Of a stretch of DNA of 37,804 nt, positions 9,745 to 19,393 are shown in pieces. The notes beneath the pieces are model-generated. The model searched no databases. It had not been told where the DNA came from and saw nothing but the letters and a program-made list of their open reading frames with translations. The stretch lies in sequence record SRR20825019_659. One strand, written 5' to 3'. The first letter of the stretch is position 1. The number at the start of each line of letters is the position of its first letter. A program made the position numbers and the translations under genes.

Positions 9745-9928
9745 GGAGTGTCCTTTCTTCGTCCGGGCGGATTCTCTGAGACAAAACACAATTCGGTGAG
9801 GCGAAATGTCGATAGCGGAACCTGCGGTGACAGCATTTTAAAAGTCGGTCAGGTCGCTATGTCATGATTTATGCGTTGCGCAGCCTGTGCTCACACGATT
9901 TGCCGGATTATTGTGAAGAATTGTGGCC

Positions 9929-11104
9929 TTATCGAACGCGTGGTTTCACCGCACCGGCAGCAAAAACGGCAACCATGAGCAGCGCCAGCACAACCAGCAT
10001 CGCGGCCCTCAGGCCATAATGCTCGCCCAGAAGCCCGAGGAAGGGCGGACCCACCAGAAAAGCGATATAGCCGCCAATGGTCACTGCTTTCACGCGTCCG
10101 GTGGCGTTGGGGCCGGAGCTTCCGGCCGCAGAGATTGCGACGGGAAAGCCCAGCGATGCGCCCAGTCCCCACAAGACAACGGCTGCTCCCGCCAGCGCCG
10201 GGTCATGGGAGAATATAACGAGGCACAGGCCGGCTGCACCGAGAACAGCGCTACCGCGAATGACATTGGTGCGACCGAAACGCCTGAGGAAGAACCCGCC
10301 GGAAAAACGGCCGACTGTCATGGCCGAGGCAAATCCGAGAAACACAAAGGACCCGGCGGCCTGGGAGAAATTGTGCTCGTCCACCATGAGGATCGGCAAC
10401 CAGTCATTGGCCGCGCCCTCTGCCAGGGCAACGGCAAGGATGATGAGGCCAATAAAGAACAGGCGCGGGTCACGCAGAAAGCGGTCATTTTGTGTGTCCG
10501 CAGGGTCGCTGCCGTCGTCGATGGTGGATGACTGCGCTGTGCCTGCGGGAATGAAACGGATGAAATAGAAGATCGCGGGAACGGTCAGAACTGCGACTGT
10601 TCCCAGGTGCCAGTGGACGGGCACTTCGACCGCCGTCATCGCAAACCCGACAAGCGCCCCGCAGACAGTGCCGAAACTGAAACACCCATGCAAAGCATGC
10701 ATGAAGGATGTTCCGCTCGCCTGTTCCACCGATGCGCCATCGATGTTGATCGCGATTTCGCCAAGTCCCATGCCCAGTCCGAAGAAAAACAGTCCGAGCG
10801 AGACCGGTGCAACCAGGCCGGAAGCGGCGCCAAACGCCATGGCAAGCAGGCCTGTCGGAATGAACACCGTGCCCAGAAGCGCGACGGTTTTTGTGCCGAA
10901 GCGGCTTACAAAAAAGCCTGCGATCAGAATGCCGGTCATCGAGCCGAGCGAAAGGCCCAGCAACACAAACCCCATTTCGGCAATCGATGCGCCGATATGG
11001 TCACGGATGGCCGGTGTCCGTGTAACCCAAGAGGCGATGGAGATGCCGGGAATGAAGAAAAATACAAAAAGCGCGAGCTGGCGTCTCTTGAGTTCGCTGG
11101 TCAT
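9929..11104 (-). CDS. MFS transporter (copy 1)
   Basis: 391 aa, about 12 hydrophobic segments; SWVTRTPAIR, EGAANDW, RRFGR; close paralog of 36512-37687. Confidence 0.92.
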   Translation of the reverse strand: MTSELKRRQLALFVFFFIPGISIASWVTRTPAIRDHIGASIAEMGFVLLGLSLGSMTGILIAGFFVSRFGTKTVALLGTVFIPTGLLAMAFGAASGLVAPVSLGLFFFGLGMGLGEIAINIDGASVEQASGTSFMHALHGCFSFGTVCGALVGFAMTAVEVPVHWHLGTVAVLTVPAIFYFIRFIPAGTAQSSTIDDGSDPADTQNDRFLRDPRLFFIGLIILAVALAEGAANDWLPILMVDEHNFSQAAGSFVFLGFASAMTVGRFSGGFFLRRFGRTNVIRGSAVLGAAGLCLVIFSHDPALAGAAVVLWGLGASLGFPVAISAAGSSGPNATGRVKAVTIGGYIAFLVGPPFLGLLGEHYGLRAAMLVVLALLMVAVFAAGAVKPRVR

Positions 11105-11144
11105 GAACCCCTGCATCCGATTTGGTCAATTGATCGAATCCGGC

Positions 11145-11173
11145 CTATAGGGGTATCGGCACAAGCGGTCAAA
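11145..11173 (-). promoter_or_regulatory. sigma70-type promoter of MFS copy 1
   Basis: TTTGAC-N17-CTATAG; identical hexamers and spacing precede the paralog. Confidence 0.7.
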
Positions 11174-11266
11174 CAAAATGTGTCAAAACAGATAGATAGA
11201 GTGGAGATACGTTTGCGCGAAACGTGGATTCTCTCAGGCGCCTTCTGTCTTGGGGCCGGTCGTGAG

Positions 11267-11456
11267 CCGCCGGGATGCTGAACGCCGACAAACATGGTGC
11301 GGCGGTCATGAACCTTGCCATGTGCACGGTCCCGGTTGCGGCCACGAGCCTGTGCCGCATGGCGACCACGTGGACTATCTGGTCGATTGGCACCTTCACC
11401 ACCCCCATGGCGATCATGGCGATGACCATGGCCCCCTCGAAGTGATCAGAAACTGA
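11267..11456 (+). pseudogene. 5'-truncated remnant of the His-rich metal-binding protein
   Basis: CGGHEPCHVHGPGCGHEPVPHGDHVDYLVDWHLHHPHGDHGDDHGPLEV matches the C-terminal repeat of 35533-35892; no N-terminal half and no convincing start. Confidence 0.8.
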
Positions 11457-11486
11457 GCCGGGTACGCCTGAATCTCCTATAAGTGC

Positions 11487-11521
11487 GGGAGCGCGCGCCG
11501 GTAATATCGGCGCGCGCTCCC
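11487..11521. terminator. Strong GC-rich hairpin between convergent units
   Basis: GGGAGCGCGCGCCG-gtaatat-CGGCGCGCGCTCCC: perfect 14 bp stem. Confidence 0.55.
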
Positions 11522-11599
11522 CTGATGGGTTCCGGGTCTGGCAATCGGGCATTTTCGCGGTCGCCATATGTTTTCATATGACGGCGAAAATGCGCTTGC

Positions 11600-12490
11600 T
11601 TACTTGGAGATCGCGTCGACGATCTGCCGGGTGTTGTATTCCATCAGCTTGATATAGGTCGGAGCGGGGCCATCGGCCTTTGACAGGGCTTCCGGATAGA
11701 GTTCGCCGCCCGGCTCTGCGCCGGTTGCCTTGGCGATCTGCTCGACAAGGCGGCCGTTGTTCGAGTTCTCGATAAAGTAGACCTTGACGCCGTCGGCCTT
11801 GATCTGGTCGATCAGCTGCGCAACGTCGGATGCCGACGGCTCGACCTCGGTGGACACGCCGAGCGGTGCCAGGAACGTTACGCCGTATTCCGCACCATAA
11901 TAACCAAATGCATCGTGGCTGGTCATGACCTTGCGCTTGTCCTGCGGCACGGCGCCGACTTCGGACTTGATCGATGCATCGAGGGCTTCGATCTTCGTGC
12001 GGTAGGCATCGGCGCTCGCCTTGATGTCGGCGGCGTCTTCCGGGTCGGCCTTGACGAGGGCGTCTTCGATATTGTCGATCCAGACGAGAACATTGGCGGC
12101 GCTGTTCCATACATGTGGGTCGGTGAGCTGCTCGCCGTCTTCTTCCATGGTGTGGGTCTTGATGCCCGTGGAAACGATCACCGGATCGACACCGCCGCCT
12201 GCCGCCTTGGCAAGGCGCTCGAACCAGCCTTCAAGGCCTTCGCCGCTCAAGAAGGTCGCCGCGGCCGCATTGATGGCCTTTGCATCATCGGGCGAGGGTT
12301 CATAGTCGTGGGGGTCGCCATTGGCCGGCACCAGGCTTTTCACGTTGACGTGGTCTCCGCCGACATTCTGCACGACATCGGCAAGAACGGTGAAGCTTGC
12401 CACCACATCGATTGTCTTGGCCGAGGCCGGCCCGAGCGTGGCAAGCAGCATGGCGGAGGAGCCCGCAAGCGTTACGAGGAAGCGTTTCAT
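11600..12490 (-). CDS. Zinc ABC transporter substrate-binding protein, cluster A-I (AztC/ZnuA/TroA-like)
   Basis: Signal peptide MKRFLVTL...ASA; VVASFTVLAD, DPHDYEP, DPHVW, TSHDAFGY; RBS AGGAG before ATG 12490. Confidence 0.9.
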   Translation of the reverse strand: MKRFLVTLAGSSAMLLATLGPASAKTIDVVASFTVLADVVQNVGGDHVNVKSLVPANGDPHDYEPSPDDAKAINAAAATFLSGEGLEGWFERLAKAAGGGVDPVIVSTGIKTHTMEEDGEQLTDPHVWNSAANVLVWIDNIEDALVKADPEDAADIKASADAYRTKIEALDASIKSEVGAVPQDKRKVMTSHDAFGYYGAEYGVTFLAPLGVSTEVEPSASDVAQLIDQIKADGVKVYFIENSNNGRLVEQIAKATGAEPGGELYPEALSKADGPAPTYIKLMEYNTRQIVDAISK

Positions 12491-12507
12491 AGAGTTCTCC
12501 TTGGGAT

Positions 12508-13380
12508 TCAACCCGCAAGATGCGGGCGGGGGATATACCGTCTCAATGCGCCGGACGGGCCCAGCAGCAGAGAGACGGCATAGATAAAGCTGGCGGTCAG
12601 AATGATCGTCGGGCCCGATGCAAAACCGAAATGGTAGGATACAAGCAGACCGACAAAGCCCGAGATGGCGGCACTGGTCGCAGCAATGGCAAACATCACC
12701 GGCAGCGTGCGCGCCCAGAGCTGGGCAATGGCGGCGGGCAGCATCATCATGCCAACGGCCATCAGCGTGCCAAGAGCCTGGAAGCCGGCAACGAGATTGA
12801 CCACCACCAGCAGCAGAAAGATAAAATGATAAAGCGGGCCGTAGCCGCCGACAGAACGCAGGAAACCGGGATCGAAGCACTCGGCGACAAGCGGGCGATA
12901 GACCAGCGCCAGCACGATCAGGGTGAAGGTGGCAATGGCGCCAACGAGGCAGATCGCCTGCGCGTCAATGGCAAGGATCGTGCCGAACAGGATATGCAGA
13001 AGATCGATGTTGGAGCCGCGCAGCGACACGATCAGCACACCGAGCGCCAGCGAGGTGAGGTAGAAGCTGGCAAAGCTCGCATCCTCCTTCAGCGATGTCG
13101 TGCGGCTGACAAGCCCGGACAGAAGCGCGACGCTCAAGCCCGCAACGAGGCCGCCAAGCCCCATGGCGAGCAACGACAGGCTTCCGGCAACCAGAAAGCC
13201 GATCGCAGCACCGGGCAGCACCGCATGGCTCATGGCATCGCCCATCAGGCTCATGCGCCGGAGCATTAAAAGCACACCCACCGGGCCGGAACCAAGGCCG
13301 AGTGCGATCGAACCGACAAGCGCCCGGCGCATGAAGCCGTATTCGGCAAAGGGATGGATAACGAGATCGTAAAGAACCAT
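12508..13380 (-). CDS. Metal ABC transporter permease (AztB/ZnuB-like)
   Basis: RRMSLMGDAMSHAVLPG, LLHILFG, FDP motifs; hydrophobic throughout. Confidence 0.92.
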   Translation of the reverse strand: MVLYDLVIHPFAEYGFMRRALVGSIALGLGSGPVGVLLMLRRMSLMGDAMSHAVLPGAAIGFLVAGSLSLLAMGLGGLVAGLSVALLSGLVSRTTSLKEDASFASFYLTSLALGVLIVSLRGSNIDLLHILFGTILAIDAQAICLVGAIATFTLIVLALVYRPLVAECFDPGFLRSVGGYGPLYHFIFLLLVVVNLVAGFQALGTLMAVGMMMLPAAIAQLWARTLPVMFAIAATSAAISGFVGLLVSYHFGFASGPTIILTASFIYAVSLLLGPSGALRRYIPRPHLAG

Positions 13381-14126
13381 CAGCGGGCCTCCGCCGTGCG
13401 CTGGCAGGTCTCGGCATCTTCATCCCAGGATTCGGCCATGGCGCGGGCTTTGAGAAGATTGCCGGGCGAAAGCGCGGTTTCCGTCGGGCCCCAGGCAACC
13501 GGCTCACGGGCAATCAGAAGTGTGTCGGGAAAATGCCTGCGGACCTGTTCGAAGTCATGCAGCACCGCAATCACCGTGCGGCCCTCGCCGTGCCAGCGCA
13601 ACACGATATCGAGAAGATCGCGGGTGGTCCGCGCATCGATTGCGGTAAAGGGCTCGTCCAGAATGATCATGCGAGAATCCTGCAACAGCAGCCGGGCAAA
13701 CAGGACGCGCTGAAACTGACCGGCGGAAAGCGCCCGGATCGACCGGCCTTCAAAGCCTTCAAGTCCGACAGCGGACAGGGCCGCTTTCGCGCGATCGGCA
13801 ATAGCCCGCGTGACGCCGCCAAAGGCGCCGATATGCTTCCATGCGCCCAGCATCACGGTATCGGCCACCGATAACGGAAAATGCCGGTCGATATCGGCGG
13901 CTTGCGGCAGATAGCCGATATCGCGCAGCGACAGCTTGCCGCGATCGATCTTGCCCTCAGCCGGGGAAAGCTCGCCCATCAGCGTTTTCACAAGCGTTGA
14001 TTTTCCCGCGCCGTTCGGCCCCGCAATCGCCGTGAGGCTGCCCGGCGCAAAACTGCCGGAAAGATGATGAACCGCCGGATGCCGGTCATAGGCAACGGTG
14101 ACATTGTCGAAACGGATGAGGCTCAT
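13380..14126 (-). CDS. Metal ABC transporter ATP-binding protein (AztA/ZnuC-like)
   Basis: GPNGAGKST, GYLPQ, LSAGQFQR, ILDEPF, VLHD; start at ATG 14126 overlaps the stop of the upstream small ORF. Confidence 0.92.
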   Translation of the reverse strand: MSLIRFDNVTVAYDRHPAVHHLSGSFAPGSLTAIAGPNGAGKSTLVKTLMGELSPAEGKIDRGKLSLRDIGYLPQAADIDRHFPLSVADTVMLGAWKHIGAFGGVTRAIADRAKAALSAVGLEGFEGRSIRALSAGQFQRVLFARLLLQDSRMIILDEPFTAIDARTTRDLLDIVLRWHGEGRTVIAVLHDFEQVRRHFPDTLLIAREPVAWGPTETALSPGNLLKARAMAESWDEDAETCQRTAEAR

Positions 14127-14248
14127 GGCAGCGACACCGCCCAGAAAATGGCGAGCCAAAGCAGGACGAGAATGACGGTAACGCCGCCAAGGCGCCCGAG
14201 AACCGGACGCGCCATCAGCGACGAGAGAAACGGATCAGTGGATTTCAA
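14123..14248 (-). CDS. Small single-TM protein (41 aa; not in the ORF track), first gene of the zinc ABC operon
   Basis: (M)KSTDPFLSSLMARPVLGRLGGVTVILVLLWLAIFWAVSLP*; ATGA overlap with the ATPase start; alternative ATG at 14215. Confidence 0.7.
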   Translation of the reverse strand: MKSTDPFLSSLMARPVLGRLGGVTVILVLLWLAIFWAVSLP

Positions 14249-14277
14249 CGGAAGTACTCAATTTGTGCCGGTCGACA

Positions 14278-14295
14278 TTAATGTTATAACATAAC
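14278..14295. promoter_or_regulatory. Zur box 1
   Basis: TTAATGTTATAACATAAC inside the near-palindrome TTAATGTTAT-AAC-ATAACGTTAA (14278-14300); CTTGAC -35 on the minus strand at 14320-14325. Confidence 0.85.
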
Positions 14296-14342
14296 GTTAA
14301 ATGCTTCTGTGATGTGCGTGTCAAGGTGATCAGTCAGATCTG

Positions 14343-14627
14343 CTAAAAATCGCCGGCAATGCCGACCGCATCGTAAATATCGCTGCGGCGAATATCGACA
14401 ATGGATTTGTGGATCGATAATTGCCGTGTTTCCTGCGGGCCTGCCATGACCAGAATGACGGTTTCCCTCGGCGGGCAGCCGGGGAGGTGGCAGGCGAGTT
14501 CATTGACCGACACGACGGTAGCGCGGTCAAGTGCCAGTATTTCGCGTGTCCACGCCTTGATCGACCGGGCACAGTCAACAACACTGGCGGATTTCGGAGC
14601 CAGAGGGTTCTGGAACGGCCTGCTCAA
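14343..14627 (-). CDS. Small conserved-looking protein with an ExxCxxPGCPPxET motif, coupled to the COG0523 gene
   Basis: 94 aa, NELACHLPGCPPRETVI; TTG start overlaps the GTPase stop (TTGA). Confidence 0.75.
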   Translation of the reverse strand: MSRPFQNPLAPKSASVVDCARSIKAWTREILALDRATVVSVNELACHLPGCPPRETVILVMAGPQETRQLSIHKSIVDIRRSDIYDAVGIAGDF

Positions 14628-15694
14628 GCGGATCTCCTTTGGTTCTTTCGCGACCGTGCCACCAGGACGCTGAACAGTTCGCGTATCGGTTTTTCGGGAA
14701 GGTCCATTCCGATGACGACAATACGGGTGCTGCGGTCGGCATCCGGCCAGTCAGCCAGGCGGTGCGTCGGGTCAAGGCGATGCTGGATGGCATGAACGAC
14801 CAGCGGTCGTTCCCGATCATCGCTCAGGGCCACGAGGCCCTTGATCCGCATCAGGCCGCTGTTTTTCGGGCTGACGATCACCTGAAGAAGAATGGCAAGG
14901 GCATCGGGATCAAGCGGCGTATCGCTTGAAAGGCAGAATGCCGCGATCTCGTCGCCGTGCCGGTTTGGGTCATGCGCGTGGGCGGGATGATCGGACAGCC
15001 TTTCCATCGCCAGCCAGCCGGTCACATCCTCGGGCTTGGTGGTGACAGAATATCGATTTGCGTCGAAGAGCGTGAAAAGGTCGAAAGCGGGTGCGTGGCG
15101 ATCGTGGAAACAGGCCGACGGATTGAGCACGCCAAGGGTTTGCGGCCAGTCATGCTTTTCTCCGGTGGCATCGGTTTTGGTCAGAACCACATGGTCGGCA
15201 AAGGCGAGTTGCTTCCAGCCTTCGATGAAACTGTCCAGTGTTGAGCGGCCATGGAGCACATCGAAGGTGGCGATGACACTTTGAAGGTAGAAGTGTCGGG
15301 CCACCACATGGTCGCGAAGTCCGAGTGCCGGTGCCCCGCCCGGAATGAGGCTGTTGATGATCGGCGCCGGATCCGCAAGGCCCGTGGTCTCTATGACGAC
15401 GCGCTCTATCGGCGGCACATCCCCCTTGATGCGGGCATCATGGAGTTCGAAAAGTGAAACGCGGATCTCACTTGTTGCTGTACAGCAAAGGCAGCCGGTC
15501 GTTGTGCGAAAATAACGCTCCGAACCGGTGCGCACCAGATCGTGATCGATGGCGATGGCGCCAAACTCGTTAATGATAACGGCGGTGTCGCGCATGCGCG
15601 GGTCAGCAACCAGATCATTGATGAGGGTCGTCTTCCCCGAGCCGAGAAACCCTGTCAGAAGCGTCACGGGAACGGGATCGTATTCAGTTTTCAA
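14624..15694 (-). CDS. COG0523 / CobW-family G3E GTPase (putative zinc metallochaperone) 1
   Basis: [32 protein letters not shown]; His-containing linker; C-terminal RIKG...VVIG domain. Confidence 0.92.
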   Translation of the reverse strand: MKTEYDPVPVTLLTGFLGSGKTTLINDLVADPRMRDTAVIINEFGAIAIDHDLVRTGSERYFRTTTGCLCCTATSEIRVSLFELHDARIKGDVPPIERVVIETTGLADPAPIINSLIPGGAPALGLRDHVVARHFYLQSVIATFDVLHGRSTLDSFIEGWKQLAFADHVVLTKTDATGEKHDWPQTLGVLNPSACFHDRHAPAFDLFTLFDANRYSVTTKPEDVTGWLAMERLSDHPAHAHDPNRHGDEIAAFCLSSDTPLDPDALAILLQVIVSPKNSGLMRIKGLVALSDDRERPLVVHAIQHRLDPTHRLADWPDADRSTRIVVIGMDLPEKPIRELFSVLVARSRKNQRRSA

Positions 15695-15821
15695 ATGCGC
15701 CTCGCACTCGTGGAGAAATCTGCGTTTTTACCGGTTTTGCGGAACCGGTCTCGGCTAGATGGATCTGGCAGGCCATTGACAGACAGCGGGTAAGCAATGC
15801 TAGGACAGTCGTCAAGGAATT

Positions 15822-15839
15822 GTTATGTTATCACATAAC
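15822..15839. promoter_or_regulatory. Zur box 2, between the divergent COG0523 genes
   Basis: GTTATGTTATCACATAAC, with inverted GTTATG/CATAAC arms. Confidence 0.85.
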
Positions 15840-15863
15840 TCATACAAAAAACGAGGCAAAATT

Positions 15864-16862
15864 ATGGTTGACGCTATGCCCGCAAAAACACCCGTTACCG
15901 TCCTGACGGGCTATCTCGGCTCGGGGAAGACGACGCTTCTCAACCGGATCCTGACGGAGCAGCACGGGAAGAAATTCGCTGTCATCGTCAATGAGTTCGG
16001 CGATGTCGGTATCGACAACGATCTTGTGGTCGATACCGATGAAGAAGTCTTCGAAATGAACAATGGCTGCATCTGCTGCACAGTGCGCGGCGACCTGATC
16101 CGCATTCTTGAAAGCCTGATGCGGCGGCGTGGCCGCTTCGACGGCATCCTGATCGAGACAACCGGTCTTGCGGACCCGGCGCCGGTGGCGCAAACCTTCT
16201 TCGTCGACGAGGATGTGCGTTCGAAGACCAGGCTGGATTCCATTATCACGCTCGTCGATGCGAAGCACTTTCTGGCCGAGTTCGACAAGGCGCATGAAGC
16301 GCAGGAACAGGTGGCCTTTGCCGACACCATCATCCTCAACAAGGTCGACCTTGTGGATGCGGACGCGCTGGCGCTTGCCGAAGAGCGCATCCGTCGGCTT
16401 AACCCGACGGCAAGCATTGTCAGATCGGAGCGCTGTGCCGTTGATATCGCGAGCCTTCTTGACCGCAACGCCTTTGATCTCGACCGGATCCTCGAGGTCG
16501 AGCCGGAATTTCTGGACGAGGAGCACGATCACGAGCATGACGATCATGTGAGCAGCTTTTCGCTGGTTGAAAGCGGTCCGATGGATCCGGCATCGTTCTT
16601 CCCCTGGCTTCAGGAAACCGTTCAGACGTTTGGCGTCGATATGCTGCGGATGAAGGGGATCATTGCCTTCGACGGCGATGACGAGCGCTATGTGGTGCAG
16701 GGTGTCCACATGTTGCTGGAGGGCGAGCACCAGCGCGCCTGGAAAGACGGCGAGGCCCGGACCACACGTCTGGTTTTCATTGGCCGCGACCTGCCGAAAG
16801 ACATCATAGCCGAAGGGTTCGCCAAATGCCGTGCCGCCAAAGCCGACGCTCTCCAGGCATAG
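15864..16862 (+). CDS. COG0523 / CobW-family G3E GTPase (putative zinc metallochaperone) 2
   Basis: [58 protein letters not shown]. Confidence 0.94.
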   Translation: MVDAMPAKTPVTVLTGYLGSGKTTLLNRILTEQHGKKFAVIVNEFGDVGIDNDLVVDTDEEVFEMNNGCICCTVRGDLIRILESLMRRRGRFDGILIETTGLADPAPVAQTFFVDEDVRSKTRLDSIITLVDAKHFLAEFDKAHEAQEQVAFADTIILNKVDLVDADALALAEERIRRLNPTASIVRSERCAVDIASLLDRNAFDLDRILEVEPEFLDEEHDHEHDDHVSSFSLVESGPMDPASFFPWLQETVQTFGVDMLRMKGIIAFDGDDERYVVQGVHMLLEGEHQRAWKDGEARTTRLVFIGRDLPKDIIAEGFAKCRAAKADALQA

Positions 16863-16935
16863 CTTTATTGAACGGCGGCGCAGATACCGTACGTGGGCGC
16901 GTCAGGCATTGCGGGAAAGCGCGAAGGAAAACCAT

Positions 16936-17394
16936 GTGACGAAAGATCTTTCCGGCCTGATGATGTCTGGCGTCGGTGAGCGATCGGAAGGACGGCGCGT
17001 GCCCGCCGGCCGTCTCGGCAAGAACGAGGCGCTTGTGCTTTCCGTGCTTCAAAAAGCGGATCGCCCGCTGGGAGCCTATGAGATCCTCGATGATCTCAGG
17101 GATGCCGGACTAAAGGCACCGCTCCAGATCTACCGTGCGCTCAAAAGATTGCAGGCAGCCGGACAGGTCCATCGCCTCGAGAGCCTCAACGCCTTTGTTT
17201 TCTGTCACCTTTCCTGTGCCGAGACGAGCCATCCGGAGAAAACCATTTTCATGATCTGCGACCGGTGCGGATATGTTTCGGAACTGCATGACGAAGCGGT
17301 TTTCTCTGCGCTGTCGGGCCATGCCCGGAAACGGTCATTCGCCATCGCCTCGACCATGATTGAATTGCACGGCGTCTGCGTGCGCTGTCTGTGA
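16936..17394 (+). CDS. zur: Fur-family zinc uptake regulator (alphaproteobacterial Zur type)
   Basis: PLGAYEILDDLR, APLQIYRAL, VHRLESLNAF, two CxxC motifs (CDRC, CVRC); GTG start after AAGGA (ATG 16960 is an alternative). Confidence 0.85.
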   Translation: MTKDLSGLMMSGVGERSEGRRVPAGRLGKNEALVLSVLQKADRPLGAYEILDDLRDAGLKAPLQIYRALKRLQAAGQVHRLESLNAFVFCHLSCAETSHPEKTIFMICDRCGYVSELHDEAVFSALSGHARKRSFAIASTMIELHGVCVRCL

Positions 17395-17405
17395 TCGCAA
17401 CATCG

Positions 17406-18191
17406 TTACTGAACGGCGGTATGCGGCATGATCCATGGTCTGCCGGTAACGGGATGCGGCGTGAGCGTGGCATTGACCTTGTACACCGCCTTCAAGCGTT
17501 CAGCCGTCAGCACGGTTTCCGGTGTTCCCTCGGCCACAAGAGATCCCTTTTTCAGCAGGCAGAGCCGGTCGCAGAACATGGCGGCGAGGCTGAGATCATG
17601 CAGTGCCGCGATCACCGTCACGCCGAGATCGCGCACAAACTCAAGAAGCTGGAGCTGGTGATGCAGGTCAAGATGATTTGTTGGCTCGTCCAGAACCAGA
17701 ACGGCCGGTTGCTGGACAAGCGCACGCGCCAGAAGAACCCGCTGCCGTTCGCCACCGGACAGTGAGCGGAAGGAACGGCTTTGAAAGGCTTCAAGCTCAA
17801 GCAGTTCGATGGCCGCCTCAATCAGCGCGCGGTCGTGTGGCGTGTCACCGGAAAACGCTGACCGGTGCGGGGTTCGTCCCATGGCGATCAGATCCCTGAC
17901 ATTCAGCGGGAAATCGCCCGGAACATTCTGCAGCACGGCACCCACATGGCGGGCCATCCAGCGGCGTGGCTTTCGCCAGGCATTTTCACCATTGATGCAT
18001 ACCGTCCCGCTTGTGGGCCGGTTGACGCCGTAGACGGTTCGCAACAGGCTCGACTTTCCAGCGCCGTTCGGGCCAAGCAATCCAAGGATTTCTCCCGGCT
18101 CGACCACCAATGACACGTTGTCTACGAGCACGTTGCCGGCGATGGCAAAGGAAACGGCTTCGAGGTGAAGTCTGCCTGCGCTGACTGTCAT
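17406..18191 (-). CDS. Metal-chelate (FecE/FepC-type) ABC ATP-binding protein
   Basis: GPNGAGKSS, MGRTPH, LSGGERQRV, LDEPTNHLD, LHDLSLA. Confidence 0.93.
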   Translation of the reverse strand: MTVSAGRLHLEAVSFAIAGNVLVDNVSLVVEPGEILGLLGPNGAGKSSLLRTVYGVNRPTSGTVCINGENAWRKPRRWMARHVGAVLQNVPGDFPLNVRDLIAMGRTPHRSAFSGDTPHDRALIEAAIELLELEAFQSRSFRSLSGGERQRVLLARALVQQPAVLVLDEPTNHLDLHHQLQLLEFVRDLGVTVIAALHDLSLAAMFCDRLCLLKKGSLVAEGTPETVLTAERLKAVYKVNATLTPHPVTGRPWIMPHTAVQ

Positions 18192-19357
18192 GACGCTTGC
18201 CCCCTGGCACTGGCATCCGCCATCAGCAGCCAGATGAAAAATGGTCCCCCCACGAGGGCGGTGACAATCCCCACCGGCAGTTCCAGCGGTGCGATGATCG
18301 AGCGCGCAACAAGATCTGCGCCAACGGTAAAGCCGGCGCCCAGCAAGGCTGCTGCGGGCAGCGCGCGCCGGTGATTGGTGCCGACGAGAAATCGAACCAT
18401 ATGCGGCATGATGAGGCCGACAAACCCGATAACCCCCGAAACCGATACGGTGATGCCGGTGAGCGCTGCGGCGAGCACAAACATCGACTTTCGAAATTTG
18501 CCCACATCAAGACCGAGGGCGTTTGCACCTTCGTCGCCGGCCAGCAGAAGATCAAGCCTGCGGGCTTGCAAAAGCATCAGTCCAAGGCCGGCCGCAAGGG
18601 CCGCAAGGGGGATCGGCAGAAGCTTCCACTGGGCAGTGCCAAAACCGCCAAGCGTCCAGAACAATACGCGGGAGGCCAGTTGAGGGTCAGGTGAGGTCAG
18701 CACCAGAAGACTGGTCACGGCGGAGAGCATGGAACTCATGGCGACGCCCCCCAGAATGAGCCTGGTCGGGGTCATTTGCCCGCCTGAGCGTGCAATCCAG
18801 AATACCACCACAAGGGTCAGTAGGGCACCGGCGAAGGCGGCAAGGTTAAGGGTGAACGCTCCAAGCCCGACCAGTCCCCAGCGCATGACGATCACAGCCC
18901 CGGTCGCAGCGCCGGACGACACGCCAAGAATGCTCGGGCTTGCAAGAGGATTTCGCACCAGCGCCTGTATCGCCATGCCGGTAACGGCAAGACAGGCACC
19001 GACCGAGGCCGCCATGAGGACGCGTGGCAGCCGCGCCTTCAGGATGATGGTTTCGTACGCGTCCCGCCAGTCCGGGGTGACAAGGGCGTCGCCGCCCATC
19101 GCATGCCCCAGAATCGAAACAGCCGTCCGTGATGGAATGCGCACGGAACCCAGCATCAGCCCGCCAAATGCTGCGGCAATGAGCAGGGCTGACATGATTG
19201 CCATGGCAAGGCCGTAACGCACGGAGGTTTCATCCGGCCGGATCGCGCTTGGTGAATTTGGCAACAGCGGCGTGCCGAAAGGTAGATCGTTGCGCAAAAC
19301 GGCGAGGAGCGCTTGCTTTCGCGCCGGGTCTGCCGCCTTTTGCGTCGGAGTGTGCAT
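18188..19357 (-). CDS. FecCD/BtuC-family ABC permease
   Basis: RLPR, RNPLASPSILGVSSGA, GVIGFVGLIMPH, ELPVGIVTALVGGPFF. Start position uncertain. Confidence 0.92.
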   Translation of the reverse strand: MHTPTQKAADPARKQALLAVLRNDLPFGTPLLPNSPSAIRPDETSVRYGLAMAIMSALLIAAAFGGLMLGSVRIPSRTAVSILGHAMGGDALVTPDWRDAYETIILKARLPRVLMAASVGACLAVTGMAIQALVRNPLASPSILGVSSGAATGAVIVMRWGLVGLGAFTLNLAAFAGALLTLVVVFWIARSGGQMTPTRLILGGVAMSSMLSAVTSLLVLTSPDPQLASRVLFWTLGGFGTAQWKLLPIPLAALAAGLGLMLLQARRLDLLLAGDEGANALGLDVGKFRKSMFVLAAALTGITVSVSGVIGFVGLIMPHMVRFLVGTNHRRALPAAALLGAGFTVGADLVARSIIAPLELPVGIVTALVGGPFFIWLLMADASARGQAS

Positions 19358-19393
19358 CTATGTAGACCTCATGACCCGAAAAGGCAGGGCTGT

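Noticed and set aside
11600-12880. 426 aa version of the zinc-binding protein
   Set aside because: The extension overlaps the permease; the signal peptide and RBS place the start at 12490.
15695-15863. Cobalamin riboswitch or a cobalamin-synthesis role for the CobW-like genes
   Set aside because: No B12-box pattern was recognised, no cob genes are nearby, and a clear Zur box is present.
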